A stretch of 24,582 nt of DNA from Ginkgo biloba (lineage: Eukaryota > Plantae > Ginkgophyta): the NCBI GenBank assembly GCA_024626585.2, contig JANKJI020000002.1, positions 29,289,941 to 29,314,522 of the forward strand. The letters are read 5' to 3'. The translations under genes were made by a program, and so were the position numbers. The notes under the pieces are model-generated. The model ran no database searches, was not told the DNA's origin, and saw nothing but the letters and a program-made list of their open reading frames with translations. Shown here piece by piece: positions 12,826 to 22,609 of the stretch (position 1 is its first letter; every line of letters starts with the position of its first letter).

Positions 12826-13084
12826 AAACATCGTTCTATCCTAGCAAATGTAGTTATCGAGAGCAAGTGCTATTGAATGTGATAACGTATGACAAGTCGA
12901 CGAACATGATGACATGGCACCAATGCCACTATGGAGATTCATAGGTCGGCATGCAACCAAAAATTAGCAATACCAACTTCTATTATGGCACATAAATTGT
13001 ATCTCACTGCCATTGTTTCTCCCGCTCAGTGCTTTAGTTTTGGAAGGACAAAAGAATGGCAAAGCGTGGACAAAATTGTAGAGG
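12826..13084 (+). repeat. Left arm of a long imperfect inverted repeat
   Basis: AAACATCGTTCTATCCTAGCAAATGTAGTTATCGAGAGCAAGTGCTATTGAATGTG...GATGACATGGCA...GGCATGCA...TACCAACTT...TTGTTTCTCCCGCT is colinear with the reverse complement of 14397-14700. Confidence 0.85.
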
Positions 13085-14371
13085 AAAAATAGAGGTATGA
13101 GCAGCTGAGAGGAGAACAACAAGGCATACTATGCCACTAAGAAAGACAACAAAGCTATGCAGGAAACCAGAGATATTTTTTCATANNNNNNNNNNNNNNN
13201 NNNNNNNNNNNNNNNNNNNNNNNNNNNNNNNNNNNNNNNNNNNNNNNNNNNNNNNNNNNNNNNNNNNNNNNNNNNNNNNNNNNNNCGAAAATAAATCATC
13301 TTCGTACATGTAGTTGGTATAGTTGAGAATGAATTTAGCTAACTCAAATAAAGCTCATAATCTACGCATAATTTACCTACATATCAATCGCTTCCCACAA
13401 CTTAAAAATTTGTTATGTTATGGGTTTTAAATTAAGATGAAAAATTAAATAGGATGTAGCAATCAAGGTAAGAAAAAGGTAGAGTTTTCAATGTCATCCA
13501 TTTGAATAGTATATAGACTTCTAGTTTTAGTGCAAGGCATTTGGATATTGCTCTTTTATTGTAGTTTGAGATGCCCATGTACTATTATGATAGCTTCTCA
13601 ACTACTATGAATGCAAAGAATGGAATCTTATAGTAACTTTAAAAACTCCCAACCACAACAGATGGCAATGTGATAGAGTAACAATGATAATTCCCTTTGA
13701 CCAAGTGAATAATTAGAAGATACATTATTTTCATACTCCAACCTGTTATCCAATTCATTAGATTTCAGGAGGTAGAAATTTTAAAATCCAAACATTCTTA
13801 ACTTATATTACAGTTACTTTTCTAAGCAACCCACTTCATCCAATTATTGGATAGAGAATTAAAAGTGGTGAATTATGTGCTCGATCCAGTAGAAAAAGAT
13901 AATGAAGTTAACTAGATGAATTTGGCTATGGCCAAGCCTCAGAAAAAACACCTATAGAACCACTACATTTTGACTTAAAACATAGGAAATTAATGAAAAC
14001 AAAACTGTCTAAAAAAATCCATGAAATTCAAAAATAGATGCATTTACATATTTTTTCATTTTTTAATAATGATTTACTATTGGTGAGAACCATTTAAAAC
14101 TATACTCTATAATAAAAAATGGAGAGAAGTTGAAAATAGACATCCAAGAGATCAATTCGGTCAGTTTGAAAAGTATATATCTGAGCTAAAAAATAAAAAT
14201 TTCCAACCCTTTTGAAATTGAAATTAATAAGAAACTCTCTCTCGTCTTCTTTTAACTTTATTCTCCTCTAAGCGGCGCATCAGACCTTTTTTTCTGTAAC
14301 TAAAAAAAAACCACTGTGTGCCTAAGGATCCATGATCTTATAAAAGACTAGAGCAAATTTCAGAGAAAATA

Positions 14372-14402
14372 CAGAGGTCTGAGAAATATTTTCAGACCTC
14401 TG
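14372..14402. repeat. Perfect 11-bp stem hairpin
   Basis: CAGAGGTCTGA-gaaatattt-TCAGACCTCTG, extendable by GAGAAAAT/ATTTTCTC with a bulge. Confidence 0.9.
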
Positions 14403-14700
14403 AAATTTTCTCCATGTTTTACCGTTGCAAAAATTTTCTCCAAATTTTTTTGCTGCTCAAAGCGAGAGAAACAAAACAAGTATGAAACTGGATAGCGAAG
14501 CCCAATTAAAATGCCACAAACTAAAGTTGGTAAATCTAAATGTTTAGTGCATGCCAATGGGCTCCAACGTGGCTTTGTTGCCATGTCATCCATGCCCAGG
14601 CAAGGTGGATCCACTACCCTGTTCATCGACCTGTCAGACATTGGCACACTCAATAGCAATCGCTCTCGCTAACGGCGTTTGCTGGGATGGAACGACATTT
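14397..14700 (-). repeat. Right arm of the long imperfect inverted repeat
   Basis: The reverse complement reads AAATGTCGTTCCATCCCAGCAAACGCCGTTAGCGAGAGCGATTGCTATTGAGTGTG...GATGACATGGCA...GGCATGCA...TACCAACTT...TTGTTTCTCTCGCT. Confidence 0.85.
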
Positions 14701-14949
14701 TATAACATCGTCTGGCATCCGGTGCAAACGCACACACCGGATAAGCCTGACCCTTAGATTCTACTATTATACTTTTTATTTGTCTTTGGTTCAACTGCAT
14801 GTTATATTATTATTGTTCATTGCAAATGCACTCCAATCGTTGTGATTACGCTCTACTATTTGTTCTCTGCATTGGATTATTATGTTTGACTCATATGCAT
14901 CATAATATGCATCATATACTCATGATTAAGAGATTTAAGCATGGATCAA

Positions 14950-15130
14950 ACCCTGACATGCGCAAGATAACTTACAAACTCAAAGGCTAGTATGAATTTC
15001 CGGTCATACCCTCTGGTTTGACCAATGTTCCAACAACCTTTTCTATATGATGTTTCATATTTTAGGCCCCTGTTCAAGGCAACTCGTGTTTGTACTCCTG
15101 GGTAATATCCTATATTTTCAGTGAAAATAG
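14950..15130 (+). pseudogene. pol: Ty3/gypsy (chromovirus-like) RT fragment
   Basis: PDMRKITYKLKG*YEFPVIPSGLTNVPTTF...LVFVLLGNIL-IFS is a decayed form of KTAF..GxYEFxVMPFGLTNAPxTF...VFxDDILIFS. Confidence 0.75.
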
Positions 15131-16084
15131 GANNNNNNNNNNNNNNNNNNNNNNNNNNNNNNNNNNNNNNNNNNNNNNNNNNNNNNNNNNNNNNNNNNNN
15201 NNNNNNNNNNNNNNNNNNNNNNNNNNNNNNNNNNNNNNATATTTATTAAGATAATAACAATGCTAAACACGTTAAACTACAACTTTACACATGAAAAGCA
15301 TGGAGTTCGAATCTGCTTAGCCAATCTCTTCCTAAATTCCCAATAGTAACAGGAGAGAAGTGTTTTTCAGCTAGGGCACTTGGCTTCAAAGTGGGAGATG
15401 GGTTCATAACAAGGAGGATCTCAGGATGAATGATAAGGAAGATATAACAAAAGGCATTGCAGTGGTATAGACCGAAAACTATATTATTTTGTGTCCTGCA
15501 AGATTTCTAGGTTTGAATTGAAATTAGGCCAAAACTTCAGACGAAAAATTCAAAGGCTAGCTTCTGCTTCATACATCAACAGCGCTTAGTAGAAAATCTG
15601 CACAACTTGCCCAGACATTCTTATGAAAGCATCAATCTCATCCCTTGCTTACATTGTTATCAATAATACAGATATCAGATAAACAGAAGCAAATTTATGA
15701 TGTTCGGCTTACAAACACTCGTACTATCAGAAACACAATTCTTGGATCAACCTTGGTTCAACATGATAATATGCGAGTCTACAAACAGTCATGAGCTTAT
15801 GACCCCAACTAATCATCTCACTGCAAGACTGACTGCAAGACGAACAATACAGATGCAATTTGTAAACTGCACCAGTACTCTGGACTAAAACTGAATGCTG
15901 ATGGGTACATGGATATCTGCCTTAAGCCTGCCAATAGACAGCCCATACTCTGAAGGAGCCAATTTNNNNNNNNNNNNNNNNNNNNNNNNNNNNNNNNNNN
16001 NNNNNNNNNNNNNNNNNNTGATTATGCGTAGCCCAAGGTAAGGTAGGAATCTCTCCATAGTTCCATAAGCTACCTTGATGATAA

Positions 16085-16219
16085 GTGAATGTGTCTTGGC
16101 CCTCATCAGCCTTCATGTACCAACATGGATTCATGTCTTCACTTGAATTACCCCTCTGGAAATGTGAATGTGTCTTGGCCCTCATCAGCCTTTATGTACC
16201 AACATGGATTCAGGTCTTC
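16085..16219. repeat. 56-bp direct repeat, two copies, period 79
   Basis: 16085-16140 and 16164-16219 differ at 2 positions and are separated by a 23-bp spacer. Confidence 0.95.
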
Positions 16220-17299
16220 CCTCTCATTTCAGTTTCCATGTATTCCCTGTTTGACCTGTTNNNNNNNNNNNNNNNNNNNNNNNNNNNNNNNNNNNNNNNN
16301 NNNNNNNNNNNNNNNNNNNNNNNNNNNNNNNNNNNNNNNNNNNNNNNNNNNNNNNNNNNNNNNNNNNNNNNNNNNNNNNNNNNNNNNNNNNNNNNNNNNN
16401 NNNNNNNNNNNNNNNNNNNNNNNNNNNNNNNNNNNNNNNNNNNNNNNNNNNNNNNNNNNNNNNNNNNNNNNNNNNNNNNNNNNNNNNNNNNNNNNNNNNN
16501 NNNNNNNNNNNNNNNNNNNNNNNNNNNNNNNNNNNNNNNNNNNNNNNNNNNNNNNNNNNNNNNNNNNNNNNNNNNNNNNNNNNNNNNNNNNNNNNNNNNN
16601 NNNNNNNNNNNNNNNNNNNNNNNNNNNNNNNNNNNNNNNNNNNNNNNNNNNNNNNNNNNNNNNNNNNNNNNNNNNNNNNNNNNNNNNNNNNNNNNNNNNN
16701 NNNNNNNNNNNNNNNNNNNNNNNNNNNNNNNNNNNNNNNNNNNNNNNNNNNNNNNNNNNNNNNNNNNNNNNNNNNNNNNNNNNNNNNNNNNNNNNNNNNN
16801 NNNNNNNNNNNNNNNNNNNNNNNNNNNNNNNNNNNNNNNNNNNNNNNNNNNNNNNNNNNNNNNNNNNNNNNNNNNNNNNNNNNNNNNNNNNNNNNNNNNN
16901 NNNNNNNNNNNNNNNNNNNNNNNNNNNNNNNNNNNNNNNNNNNNNNNNNNNNNNNNNNNNNNNNNNNNNNNNNNNNNNNNNNNNNNNNNNNNNNNNNNNN
17001 NNNNNNNNNNNNNNNNNNNNNNNNNNNNNNNNNNNNNNNNNNNNNNNNNNNNNNNNNNNNNNNNNNNNNNNNNNNNNNNNNNNNNNNNNNNNNNNNNNNN
17101 NNNNNNNNNNNNNNNNNNNNNNNNNNNNNNNNNNNNNNNNNNNNNNNNNNNNNNNNNNNNNNNNNNNNNNNNNNNNNNNNNNNNNNNNNNNNNNNNNNNN
17201 NNNNNNNNNNNNNNNNNNNNNNNNNCGAGGAGCTGCAGACAAGGGGATCTATTCTGTCCAAGTCATTTAGCTATCACCCCCAGCCCCCCTTGCCCCACA

Positions 17300-18250
17300 G
17301 ATCAATTTCTACGATTCTGTTCAATAGGACATTCAGCAAACATGCCCACATGTTTTGAACCTGGATCTTTCTTGGTGTGGCACTCACTACTCCCACTAGG
17401 CCACAGCCCTGAGGACGTTGCCACAAATTGCTCAATGACTGTTATCCCCTCCTGTTGATAAAATCAGTAAGCATGCCATTCAAATTGAAGGCATTCTGCA
17501 TAAAGCTATCAGTGCCTCGAAATACTTTATTACTAGTGTGCCTTTGGATCAGTTATGCATACTTAGCAGTGAAAGGAACAACCATGACTCATTCATAGTC
17601 ATGTACTTTACTGGATCTTGGTAGCCCATTGATGAGTATAAGGATTCATTACTATTTAGGATGCTGGTAAAGCCTAAAATTTCTGATAGTATGAATGGTC
17701 TTTAACTTATCCTGATGAAAAAACACTCTTAGAAAACCATCACCAAACATAGTATACTTGTCCAATAGAGGTGCTGCTTAAAATAAGTCTTCAGAAAACC
17801 TCAACAATTTACCTATATCAGGATATTTCTGGATCTTTTCTTCTAATTATGCAGAAAAGCACATACCATTACTTCAACTCAAACAACATGCACTTCAGAC
17901 ATTGCATGTAATGGAAAGACTAGCCCCACATATTGACTTTCTATCAAATGCTCTATCAACAAAGGTGGCCATGTGTCTACCAATGTTGGCATGATCTGTT
18001 GCAAAGTTAGCATATAGCCAAACAAGTGATGTCTCCATTTCTTCAGCACATTCATTATTGGACTATTCTGCTTCTAAAATTCTTGCTAATCCCGATTTCC
18101 CTATCCAAACTTCATGCTTTCAAAGCATTTACTTTCCTGCTCAGCACAAGAGTTACTCCAGAGACATTACCACTGGAATCAGCATGAACAACAAAAGGCT
18201 GATTAAATGTTGAAATTTTAAGAATAAATGGATATGTCGTGGGTTCACTT
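17300..18250 (-). pseudogene. pol: Old chromovirus-type Ty3/gypsy RNase H plus integrase relic
   Basis: RNase H: ILKISTFNQPFVVHADSS..GVTL..VLKKWRHHLFG..TDH. Integrase: KTYFKQHLYW, LINGLPRS..HDYE*VMVVPFTAKYA*LI, FMQNAFNLNGMLTDFINRRG*QSLSNLWQ, SECHTKKD. The motifs occur in the expected order. Confidence 0.75.
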
Positions 18251-18305
18251 GAATTTTTCCTCTCCTTAAAAAACACGTAGTCTCGCTCCCATATGCTTAC
18301 TAACG

Positions 18306-18319
18306 AGGCTCTGATACCA
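18306..18319 (-). promoter_or_regulatory. tRNA-iMet PBS (perfect)
   Basis: Minus strand TGGTATCAGAGCCT. The LTR end probably starts at ~18320 and runs into the gap at 18365. Confidence 0.85.
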
Positions 18320-18740
18320 TATCGGGAAGATAACATAGATGCAGAACAATAGAAAGGAAGAGAANNNNNNNNNNNNNNNNNNNNNNNNNNNNNNNNNNNN
18401 NNNNNNNNNNNNNNNNNNNNNNNNNNNNNNNNNNNNNNNNNNNNNNNNNNNNNNNNNNNNNNNNTCTAGACCTTGGTTCAAAAAAAAAAAAAAATCATAT
18501 ATCTTACATGATTGTTGTCTCTTTCCTAACATTCTTCAAATATGCACACGTCTATTGCATCAATAGTTTAATCATTACCCATGTGCCAAGAAAATAGACT
18601 AACATGCAACTCATCTACTATTTATCCTTCAATTCAAACATATAAGGAATCACCATTCTAACTCAGCCATAAAGTATGCTCTTNNNNNNNNNNNAAGGTT
18701 CACTTTCTTTTATTAATTTTATTATCCCTTTCCTTTACAT

Positions 18741-19002
18741 CAATTATCTTGCTTTTGAGTTGCTATGTTCCTCAACTTCAATACTTATTTTAATGAAGTT
18801 GCAAACTTGAAAATATTTTAATGATGAATTGCAAATGGGTTGCTAATGGCCATGCAACTAATCTAGGTTTTTAAGCTTTTGTTAGGCCATATCAATAATA
18901 GCCATCCTATCTCTATGCCATAAAATATAGCCTTGAAGAGGTACACCTTTTTTCACTACCTTTCTTATCTGCTTACAACAATTATCTTGCTTTTGAGTTG
19001 CT
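18741..19002. repeat. 24-bp exact direct repeat, 238 bp apart
   Basis: CAATTATCTTGCTTTTGAGTTGCT at 18741-18764 and 18979-19002, with similar flanks. Confidence 0.9.
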
Positions 19003-20700
19003 TTGATCCTTGACTTATTCAATAATTATGTCAAAGAGGCTACAATCTTAAAGGAATTTTCACAAGAACCATGCATTGAAATTGGCCAATCCCAAAAGAT
19101 TTCTCACTTTATGAAGATGAACCAAAATGACTTGAAGTGGGGATGCAAGAGCAAAGGTAGGCAGTGCAAAGCAGAGCAAGGCAAGGGTATGAGAAGCAAA
19201 TTTCCAAAATTAGAATTTGGGGATGAATCAAAATTATTTTTTCCTTTGTAATATGAACATTCATATTTCCAATTAACAATTCACACATCAAAGCCTAAAC
19301 TAGACAATAACTACCAAGTGGCTAAAAAATATTATACTAGTATAAGAAATTATCGATCCACCATAGATATATTAATACATTATGTCTATTGATATGTATG
19401 CATAGTACATCAAAATACATAGATTGTTGTAGAAAACAATATTACAAAAGTTGTGAATAGAATGAAATTTACAAGATCATATCTATAATGCTCATCATCA
19501 ACATATTCTTCNNNNNNNNNNNNNNNNNNNNNNNNNNNNNNNNNNNNNNNNNNNNNNNNNNNNNNNNNNNNNNNNNNNNNNNNNNNNNNNNNNNNNTGAA
19601 CTTGCTAAAGATAAATTAACAAGTTCTAAGATAGACGAATTCAAGTTGAAAAGTTCTTATTCACATCCCATAACTTTGAAGATCTTCCTTGTAATCTTCT
19701 TTTGTATAGGAAAGACGGTGAAGATTTGTATGTGCCACCTTGGCCAGACCCAAAATATTCCTCTTCATTTAATGAAAGAAGCCAAAGGTACTCTAATTCC
19801 TCTTAGCAATAGAAGAGCTTGTCGCTTATAAAAGAACATGTCCAATGGCTTGTNNNNNNNNNNNNNNNNNNNNNNNNNNNNNNNNNNNNNNNNNNNNNNN
19901 NNNNNNNNNNNNNNNNNNNNNNNNNNNNNNNNNNNNNNNNNNNNNNNNNNNNNNNNNNNNNNNNNNNNNNNNNNNNNNNNNNNNNNNNNNNNNNNNNNNN
20001 NNNNNNNNNNNNNNNNNNNNNNNNNNNNNNNNNNNNNNNNNNNNNNNNNNNNNNNNNNNNNNNNNNNNNNNNNNNNNNNNNNNNNNNNNNNNNNNNNNNN
20101 NNNNNNNNNNNNNNNNNNNNNNNNNNNNNNNNNNNNNNNNNNNNNNNAGTCTAATGCCATTTCCACCGAAGTGGTACAACTTTCTAAACATTCTCATTAA
20201 TTGTAATCAATATCTCATTTATTGTCTTCATTTAATGTGTTCCATCCTTCATTACATTGGTGATGTCATCCTACGTTATGTTGATGTCATCATGTAAAGA
20301 TGTATGGATGAACAATATTGGTGGTTGGATGTACAATAAAGATGTATGGTTGAACAATATATATGTATGCACTGTTGTGTCACTTTGGAATCAATCACTA
20401 ATAGAACAGAATCATGTTGGAATTGTTTAGTTATTTGATGGAAATTGCCGTACTATGTGGAATTCTTTTGGTGACCTCTAGATTTGTTCCTTGGCCTAGT
20501 TGGAATCATTTTGTCTAGCAAAAAAATCTGCTTGGAATATATCTATCCATCTTAGAATCTATTGTTTAATCAATGGCTACAACATGGCATAGTTATATTG
20601 CTAACATTCCCTAGTTATTGAGTGTCCTCGCTTAAGCAAGATGAGTAGAAGTTTTAATTTTATAGGGGGAAGCTTAGAAATTGGTGGGGGTCTTTGTCTA

Positions 20701-20719
20701 TCCACCCTTCCCCTACCCC
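20701..20719 (-). other. Putative PPT of the integrase-bearing element; the 3' LTR probably extends leftward from ~20700
   Basis: Minus strand GGGGTAGGGGAAGGGTGGA lies ~200 bp after the integrase end. It is followed by TA (possibly a mutated TG) and a CCTATAAA box. Confidence 0.5.
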
Positions 20720-20924
20720 AGGCAATACCCAAGCAATGATTGCCTCGTATCACACTCACTTCTAACACTTTAGTTTGAAGGAGGTAACCCTAGCTAGATC
20801 ATCTAGTTGGCCCTAGTTTAGTAGGGTGGTCAATTTTGCGTTTTCCCCATTTTATGACTTTTTTATTATCTTTTAATTTTTATCTATTATTGTATTTGTT
20901 ATATCATTATCGCAACATGTTTAT

Positions 20925-22170
20925 AGTACAAAATGACTCCTATTTACTAATTATGGTAAATGTTTGTTGGCAAGTTGTCACAACTAAACCGATCCATTCT
21001 TCTTTTGAGGTGTTGATGATGTACGGTCAAAGCCATTGCATTTTCCATTTCCTTGGCTTAGTATGAAACATGTTATTGTATTGCAACGCTTTATCACTTT
21101 CTTTAATCATTGGCACTTTTATATGGCAGTCATGCCATGTCTTCAGTCATCACTTTTCAAATTCAAAGATTGAAAGTGCGATGGTGCTTCATTCCTCTAT
21201 GTGCAACAACTGATGCAATCATATTGATTCTTCGTCTTGCAAACAACACTCCAAATCAACATGTAAATTGGGTACCTCAAATTTTATTACAACGATTGCT
21301 TCCAATCCATCCACTAATTAAAATGGTATTTCTCCTATAGCTCGTATATGGGTGGTGTGGAATGCTTATAGTATTGAATGTATCTTCTCTAACCCATCTA
21401 TCTCTTCTAACATTACAAAATTTTGTAAAGGCAACTTCCAAAATCTTGTTCAAGGTCTCAACATATTTGTTACATTGGAGGTCATATGGCATGGATTTTC
21501 AATGGAAGATTGAAATTCTATTAAGTTCCCTTCCAATCTCATGTATTAATCCACTACTTTGACCATTGGTTAACTGCAATGGACAACCAATTAGTGTGGA
21601 TGAGCCTTGTAACATTTTGAAATTGAGTTTGTTGCTACCAAGATGTGGCAAACACATGTTTGTCTAGCAAGAGAACTTATGGGTCCTATAAAGTCTACCC
21701 CAATGCTCAAATGGGTTGGTGGTAGTATTGGCGGAAGAGGTGAGTGCATTTGTTTGTTAGATTTCCCACCCTCTAGTAAACGTCGCACTTCATCAAACAA
21801 GGTCGGTCACCAAAACCATAGTTATACTTTTTTGCTTGTTGCATTACTAGCATTATGACCTACAGTAGGTCCTTCATACGCTTGTTTGACAATTGTTGAT
21901 ACTTTGTGGGGTAGGGCACATCAACATAAGATGTGATCTTGTCCAATTCGATATAGAGCGCCCTTCATGAGATGATGCAATACTGCGCTTTGGGTGAGAC
22001 TCTCTCTCTAACCCATCTAATTCAAGTGGCATCTCTCTAGTTGATACATACTCTGCAAATACCAACATACCACAATGGGATCATCTCCACTCAAAAATAA
22101 ACTGGCATCTAGAAAATCATTATCAAACCCGGGAAAGCTCATGTAGTCCCCAACTAACCATCTATCATCA
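20925..22170 (-). pseudogene. pol: Ty3/gypsy non-chromovirus (Athila/Tat-related) integrase relic
   Basis: GFDNDFLDASLF..EGPTVGHN..W*PTLF..PLPPILP..GVDFIGPISSLARQT..HILVAT..PYDLQCNKYVETLNKILE..TKFCNVRRDRW..KWKMQWL*PYII (GPY/F)..VNRSH. Confidence 0.9.
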
Positions 22171-22609
22171 AGATTGTTGTGTTTATAATAGGTTAAGTGT
22201 GTAGGGTTTAAACTCAAAATTAGAGATAAATAATAAATGCTTCAAAACCCTAATATCCATACAAATCCAATTTAAATTATCAATCATGCAAAATAACCCT
22301 TTGNNNNNNNNNNNNNNNNNNNNNNNNNNNNNNNNNNNNNNNNNNNNNNNNNNNNNNNNNNNNNNNNNNNNNNNNNNNNNNNNNNNNNNNNNNNNNNNNN
22401 NNNACATGTAGAAGAGAAGAGGGAGATAGTTGAGCCATTAGGAGCTCATGGTGAGCATGACTCACATGGTATGTGACTCTTATCCTAATTTTAAATTATG
22501 TTTATAAGTAGCAACTTAATTGGTATTCTAATCATTAATTTTATGGTGTGACTACAAATACAACCATGATACCAATAGTACATATGTGATCCATCCTCGA
22601 GGATGTATT

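Larger units (their letters stand above)
12826..14700. mobile_element. Candidate non-autonomous long-TIR DNA transposon (MULE- or Harbinger-like)
   Basis: Inverted arms flanked by TATAAC at 12820-12825 and 14701-14706. No transposase is seen, and the element spans a 100-N gap. Confidence 0.45.
2096..22403. other. Assembly gaps of exactly 100 N (unknown size)
   Basis: 2096-2195, 4332-4431, 7799-7898, 9402-9501, 13186-13285, 18365-18464 and 22304-22403. The other N runs have variable lengths. Confidence 0.85.

Noticed and set aside
15370-15530. RALGFKVGD as an integrase C-terminal relic
   Set aside because: Plausible downstream of the RT fragment at 14950, but it rests on one short motif.
16085-16219. 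CRISPR-like repeat-spacer-repeat
   Set aside because: Only two units, the repeat is longer than the spacer, there are no cas genes, and the context is eukaryotic.
17302-17451. Apparent host terminal exon on the minus strand (cag|EGITVIEQFVATS...RN*)
   Set aside because: Overlapping frames continue the integrase motifs (LHGxP..SDRD..FW and YHPQTDG equivalents), so a TE relic explains it better.
16085-17458. Long ORFs of 337-457 aa in the track (also those at 19765-20297)
   Set aside because: They are artefacts of translating through N runs.
17438-17458. miR390 target-like site (TGTTATCCCCTCCTG) suggesting TAS3
   Set aside because: Seed-pairing positions mismatch, no tasiR-ARF sequence is seen, and the site lies within the integrase relic.
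19646-19831. LLYRKDGEDL resembling a CACTA transposase segment
   Set aside because: The expected flanking cysteines are missing and the segment is too short to support a call.
20295-20360. 24-bp duplication with period 42
   Set aside because: It is real but an ordinary slippage repeat in probable LTR sequence.
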